Virus record (IMG/VR): IMGVR_UViG_3300017969_000006
Location: 1 to 64,000 of that record
Reading direction: 5' to 3' (one strand)
DNA from: a virus
DNA length: 64,000 nucleotides
The translations under genes and the position numbers were made by a program. Below the pieces are notes generated by a model. That model was given only the letters and a program-made list of their open reading frames with translations, was not told where the DNA came from and ran no database searches. This document shows, piece after piece, positions 62,966 through 64,000 of the stretch (positions are counted from its first letter, which is position 1; each line of letters opens with the position of its first letter).

Positions 62966-64000
62966 AACGCTGTAGATGGTGACGAGGACGGTCTCGTTCA
63001 GGAGGGCACCCCCTTCGAGCGTCCAGCCACACCCAATGTCGCTCGCGCCCTTAGGAGCGCCACAAGTTCCGCCGGATTCGACGGGATGAAACGCGACGAT
63101 ATGGCGAAAATGCGTTCAGAAGAATTCAACGAGGCGGTACAGAAACAGTTCGAAAAAGCAAAGGAACTGAGGGCCGAACTGTACGAGAAATATCCAAAAC
63201 TGGATGCGATGCTTGCAGCGCAGCAGATTGCGACCGTCACTTCAGTTCGCACCGGTCAGGACATCCGTGAAGAAGATGTCATGGAAGAACTTCAAGATCT
63301 GCTGAAGATCGATAGCGACGAAATCGACGACCTAGCAGACATCATCGCCAGTACACGATTCAGCCAAGACCTCCTCGAAGCGGACGAAGCGCAAATGTCA
63401 ATTTCTCGCGCTCGAGATTTCGTTGAGGAAACAACTGAGGACATGGGGAACATCTCGCTCGCAATCACCGACATGGAAGAAGACGTAGAAACCGCTCTTG
63501 ACCGAATCAAGAAAGAACTTGACGGCATGGAGATTTCTACAGGGCAATTCAAAGATCTTGCTGAATCCGATGACCGTGCCGACGCAACCCGCAGGCTACT
63601 CACTGATTTGATTGACGACCGAGAAGAACTTGAGCAACAGATTCCTCAAATGGGCTACCTTCTTGAAGATTACGACGAGGTCAAGGAGATGCGCGATCAA
63701 CTCAAAGACCTCGTAGATGAACTCGAAGAACTTTCAAGTGGACCTGTTGAATCTAGGGAGCGGGGACGAGATCTGCTTAAGCAAGGTTTCCTGAACGCTG
63801 ACTCACTAAACACGGGGTACGACGAAGACAAGTTTCGTGAGATGCTTGGAAAGTTCCGCAAGACAAAGACTTACGAGCGTGCCACCGAAGGGATGACAAT
63901 CGTCCGCAAGCGCAGTATTCCAAAATCTGAACCCGTTGCTGACAGCGACGCCGCAAGGGACATTCATGGACTTGGAAAGCGCAGCATCATCAACATCCCG
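62933..64000 (+). CDS. Frameshift extension of prohead protease; large acidic head-associated protein, partial
   Basis: Open to window end: SLRGRAQSFDPNAVDGDEDGLVQEGTPFERPATPN...; first ATG only about 50 codons in. Confidence 0.75.

Noticed and set aside
1-64000. tRNAs, integrase, transposases, alternative genetic code
   Set aside because: None recognisable by eye; genes tile densely in the standard code. A tRNAscan/Infernal run would be needed to be certain.

Overview
The whole window is part of a tailed dsDNA phage genome with myovirus morphology (tail sheath, tube, tape measure, baseplate J and gp25-like genes), about 50% GC. An actinobacterial host is likely but inferred, from the r1t-type holin, ThyX, an HG..Y..GCxCxxC zinc finger and extended -10 promoters directly before leaderless starts. 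Right to left: head genes on + (HK97-type portal; prohead protease extended by a clear -1 frameshift signal into a large ORF running off the window). Then a long minus-strand block: terminase, Sak/Rad52, PD-(D/E)XK exonuclease, HNH, RuvC, dCMP deaminase, ParB, ThyX, IbrA/IbrB-like pair, neck, tail and baseplate genes, holin, and tail fibres including a 1944-aa Mtd_N protein. The most striking part is an ~18 kb island (3.3-21.2 kb) of tailoring enzymes: 11 intact-looking Fe(II)/2-oxoglutarate dioxygenases (8 prolyl-hydroxylase-like, 2 TauD-like, 1 PhyH-like), a degenerate copy, a flavin-dependent halogenase, a glutathione peroxidase, an NAD(P)-binding protein, two DUF6065-like and two methyltransferase-like proteins. 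It is bracketed by two candidate substrates, a protein ending in 23 Pro-Pro-X-Phe repeats and a Gly-X-Y/His-rich fibre-like protein. I propose, as inference, a phage-encoded post-translational (RiPP-like or virion-decorating) modification system. All family calls come from motif recognition by eye, not from database searches.
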